Positions 62,520-64,000 of a DNA stretch of 64,000 nt are shown one piece after another; position 1 is the first letter of the stretch, and each line of letters begins with the position of its first letter. The notes under the pieces were generated by a model. That model made no database searches, had not been told where the DNA came from, and saw only the letters and a list, made by a program, of their open reading frames with translations. The DNA comes from Desulfosudaceae bacterium (GTDB taxonomy: Bacteria > Desulfobacterota > Desulfobacteria > Desulfobacterales > Desulfosudaceae), in the NCBI GenBank assembly GCA_963674745.2, contig CAXXDV010000001.1, positions 2,208,001 through 2,272,000 on the forward strand. Reading direction: 5' to 3'. The position numbers and the translations under genes were made by a program.

Positions 62520-63005
62520 ATGAATGATATAACATCAGATTCAACCCTTTTAACATTATATGGATTTGGAATCATATCGATCACCTTAGATATTTGGTTT
62601 TTTATCCCTTTTTGGGGACAGTGTGCGATAATTTGGCCATTAGCCATATTTGCAATAATTATTTATTATGGACAATTGCGAAAAGAAGAGGTCATCCCTC
62701 CAGCAGATTTGAAATTTTTTCTATTCCCTTTCTTTAACCCAATAGTATTAATTGCTTTATGGCTTGCGCTATTTTTTCCTAGAATGAACGATCCAATTAT
62801 AACCAATTTCGGAAAGCTCCACTTTTTGTTTGTATTTATATTTTTTTCTTTCGGTATAGATACTATGATTTTAAATTCTGATAACTATCAAGGGGTGTCT
62901 GATTTGGGCCGAATGTGTTGGATTTGTTCTTTTACAATTGCTTTATTGTTATCAATTACAATTAGAGTATTTCAATATAAAAGGAATAAACAAAACTGCG
63001 CATAA
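62520..63005 (+). CDS. Cassette 8: hypothetical multi-TM membrane protein
   Basis: Highly hydrophobic; stop codon inside R'' GCATAAC. Confidence 0.7.
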   Translation: MNDITSDSTLLTLYGFGIISITLDIWFFIPFWGQCAIIWPLAIFAIIIYYGQLRKEEVIPPADLKFFLFPFFNPIVLIALWLALFFPRMNDPIITNFGKLHFLFVFIFFSFGIDTMILNSDNYQGVSDLGRMCWICSFTIALLLSITIRVFQYKRNKQNCA

Positions 63006-63126
63006 CCAAGAAGCTCAAGTGGACATCCAGGGCATTCGGGTTTTGAAAAATCGGGGGAATTGAACAGCCAAAATTATTAACAAAGCTGGTGGAAGCCCTG
63101 GCTGCCATTGGCTTCAGACGTTAGCG
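63000..63126 (+). repeat. attC site 8 (family A), R' interrupted by group II intron after GTTA
   Basis: GCATAAC..AAGCTCAAGTGGAC...CCATTGGCTT CAGAC|GTTA. Confidence 0.88.
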
Positions 63127-64000
63127 CGCCAAGCGAAGCTTGGTGCGTCTTGCGGGGTGCAAGTCCCCGTCGGGTGAGGCCTAACCAGCCACCCGTATCG
63201 AGTGTTGCGTGATTGGGAAGGATAGGCATACCGTCGAACGACCCACACGAAGCGTACACAGAGAATCGTACAGGCCGTAGGGGAGTCCGTGCTCCCTGAA
63301 GTGCTGGTATCGCTTCGAAAGGAAGCTTGGTTCCGGTCGCCGAGAGTTGTAACGTACTCGAAGGCAACACAAAAGCATCCGTTATGGTGAGGGTGTGGAG
63401 GGCCGGCGGAGTTATCAAGCCGTGGCATGTACGAAGAGACGCACACAAGAACTTGGGAGGCCCATCCGACTCCTGCGCGGCAATATGGTCCGGCTGACAC
63501 TTAGACACGAAAGGGAAACCCGGATACAGATATCAGCCGAGCCTAAGTAGCCGCAGGGCAGGAAGGGGAACCAAAGCGAAAGTGGAGGAACCCTGGTTGG
63601 GTGGGAGTCGTATCGAGCATAGTACTCTGAGCGTGGGAAAGCCACGTACATGGGGAAGGACTTGACGGAAGTACGTAGCCCGCAAAGGAAACACATGCCG
63701 GACACAGCAGGATCGGATAAACGTGTGCAAACCTCACTGCGGGGGATAGCCAAAACGGCTCGGTTCAACACGCAGCATCGCTTTCGGGATCTTTATGGTC
63801 TGCTTAATACGGAACTGCTTCATCTGGCGTGGAAGGGCTTGAATAAAAGTTCGGCCATAGCCGATGACGACATCACCGTCAAGACATACAGTCAGGACCT
63901 GATCGCCAACCTGGAAGGGCTGGCGGAACAGCTCCGGCAGAAGAGATACCGGGCGAGATTGGTCAAAAGACGTTTTATTCCAAAGCGTAACGGTAAGAAA
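63124..64000 (+). mobile_element. Group II intron, 5' part (runs off window)
   Basis: 5' GCGCG, hairpin CCAAGC-GAA-GCTTGG, TGCGTCT pairing with AGACGCA at the end of DI, GGGGTGCAAGTCCCC, EBS1 loop TAACGT, followed by an RT ORF. Confidence 0.9.
63695..64000 (+). CDS. Group II intron reverse transcriptase/maturase, N-terminus (truncated by window end, not in ORF track)
   Basis: AAGGA RBS; MPDTAGSDKRVQTSLRGIA..HRFRDLYGLL..AW..L..KRYRARLVKRRFIPKRNGK (RT domains 0-1). Confidence 0.88.
   Translation, partial: MPDTAGSDKRVQTSLRGIAKTARFNTQHRFRDLYGLLNTELLHLAWKGLNKSSAIADDDITVKTYSQDLIANLEGLAEQLRQKRYRARLVKRRFIPKRNGKK

Larger units (their letters stand above)
57659..63126 (+). mobile_element. Integron gene-cassette array (8 cassettes), no intI in window
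   Basis: Each ORF is bounded by GTT-N4 and a matching N4-AAC; long imperfect palindromes between ORFs; visibly AT-rich. Confidence 0.92.

Noticed and set aside
58566..63126. Regularly spaced repeats as a CRISPR array
   Set aside because: Repeats are 123-128 bp and divergent, the spacers are whole ORFs, and there are no cas genes; they fit attC sites.
63143..63147. GTGCG as the intron 5' end
   Set aside because: It is part of the DI basal stem that pairs with AGACGCA; EBS1-IBS1 complementarity supports 63124 instead.
63077..63771. Minus-strand ORFs over the intron RNA
   Set aside because: They are antisense to structured intron RNA and have no protein motifs.

Overview
The window looks like chromosomal DNA from a Desulfobacterales-like deltaproteobacterium; the taxon is inferred from gene content. 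Positions 1-57.5 kb are mostly housekeeping and metabolic genes: a Hpt/REC-PP2C/anti-sigma module, lpxK-lptG-lptF, an acs/deacetylase/GNAT cluster, tRNA-Gly(CCC), rimP-nusA-infB-rbfA-truB-rpsO-pnp-dut, rimO, a polyprenyl synthase and a sirtuin. Two accessory systems stand out. (1) At 6.8-14.6 kb, a predicted sigma54-driven operon begins with an unannotated 46-aa Lys-rich peptide, followed by an AdoMetDC-like protein, a GNAT, an ATP-grasp ligase, a PLP decarboxylase and a GNAT-nitrilase fusion; a GAFTGA activator lies opposite. (2) From 57.47 kb to the end, an AT-rich integron cassette array has 8 cassettes and 8 long (123-128 bp) attC sites, one duplicated cassette and a VanX/DdpX-like cassette. 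There is no integrase gene in the window, and the leader is rich in repeats. The array ends in a group II intron inserted in the sense orientation into the attC R' core. Its predicted EBS1 (UAACGU) is the exact complement of the ACGTTA sequence at most attC sites. Five genes are split by frameshifts (four are clear single-base indels in homopolymer runs), most likely sequencing errors. Two small palindromic MITE-like elements are also present.
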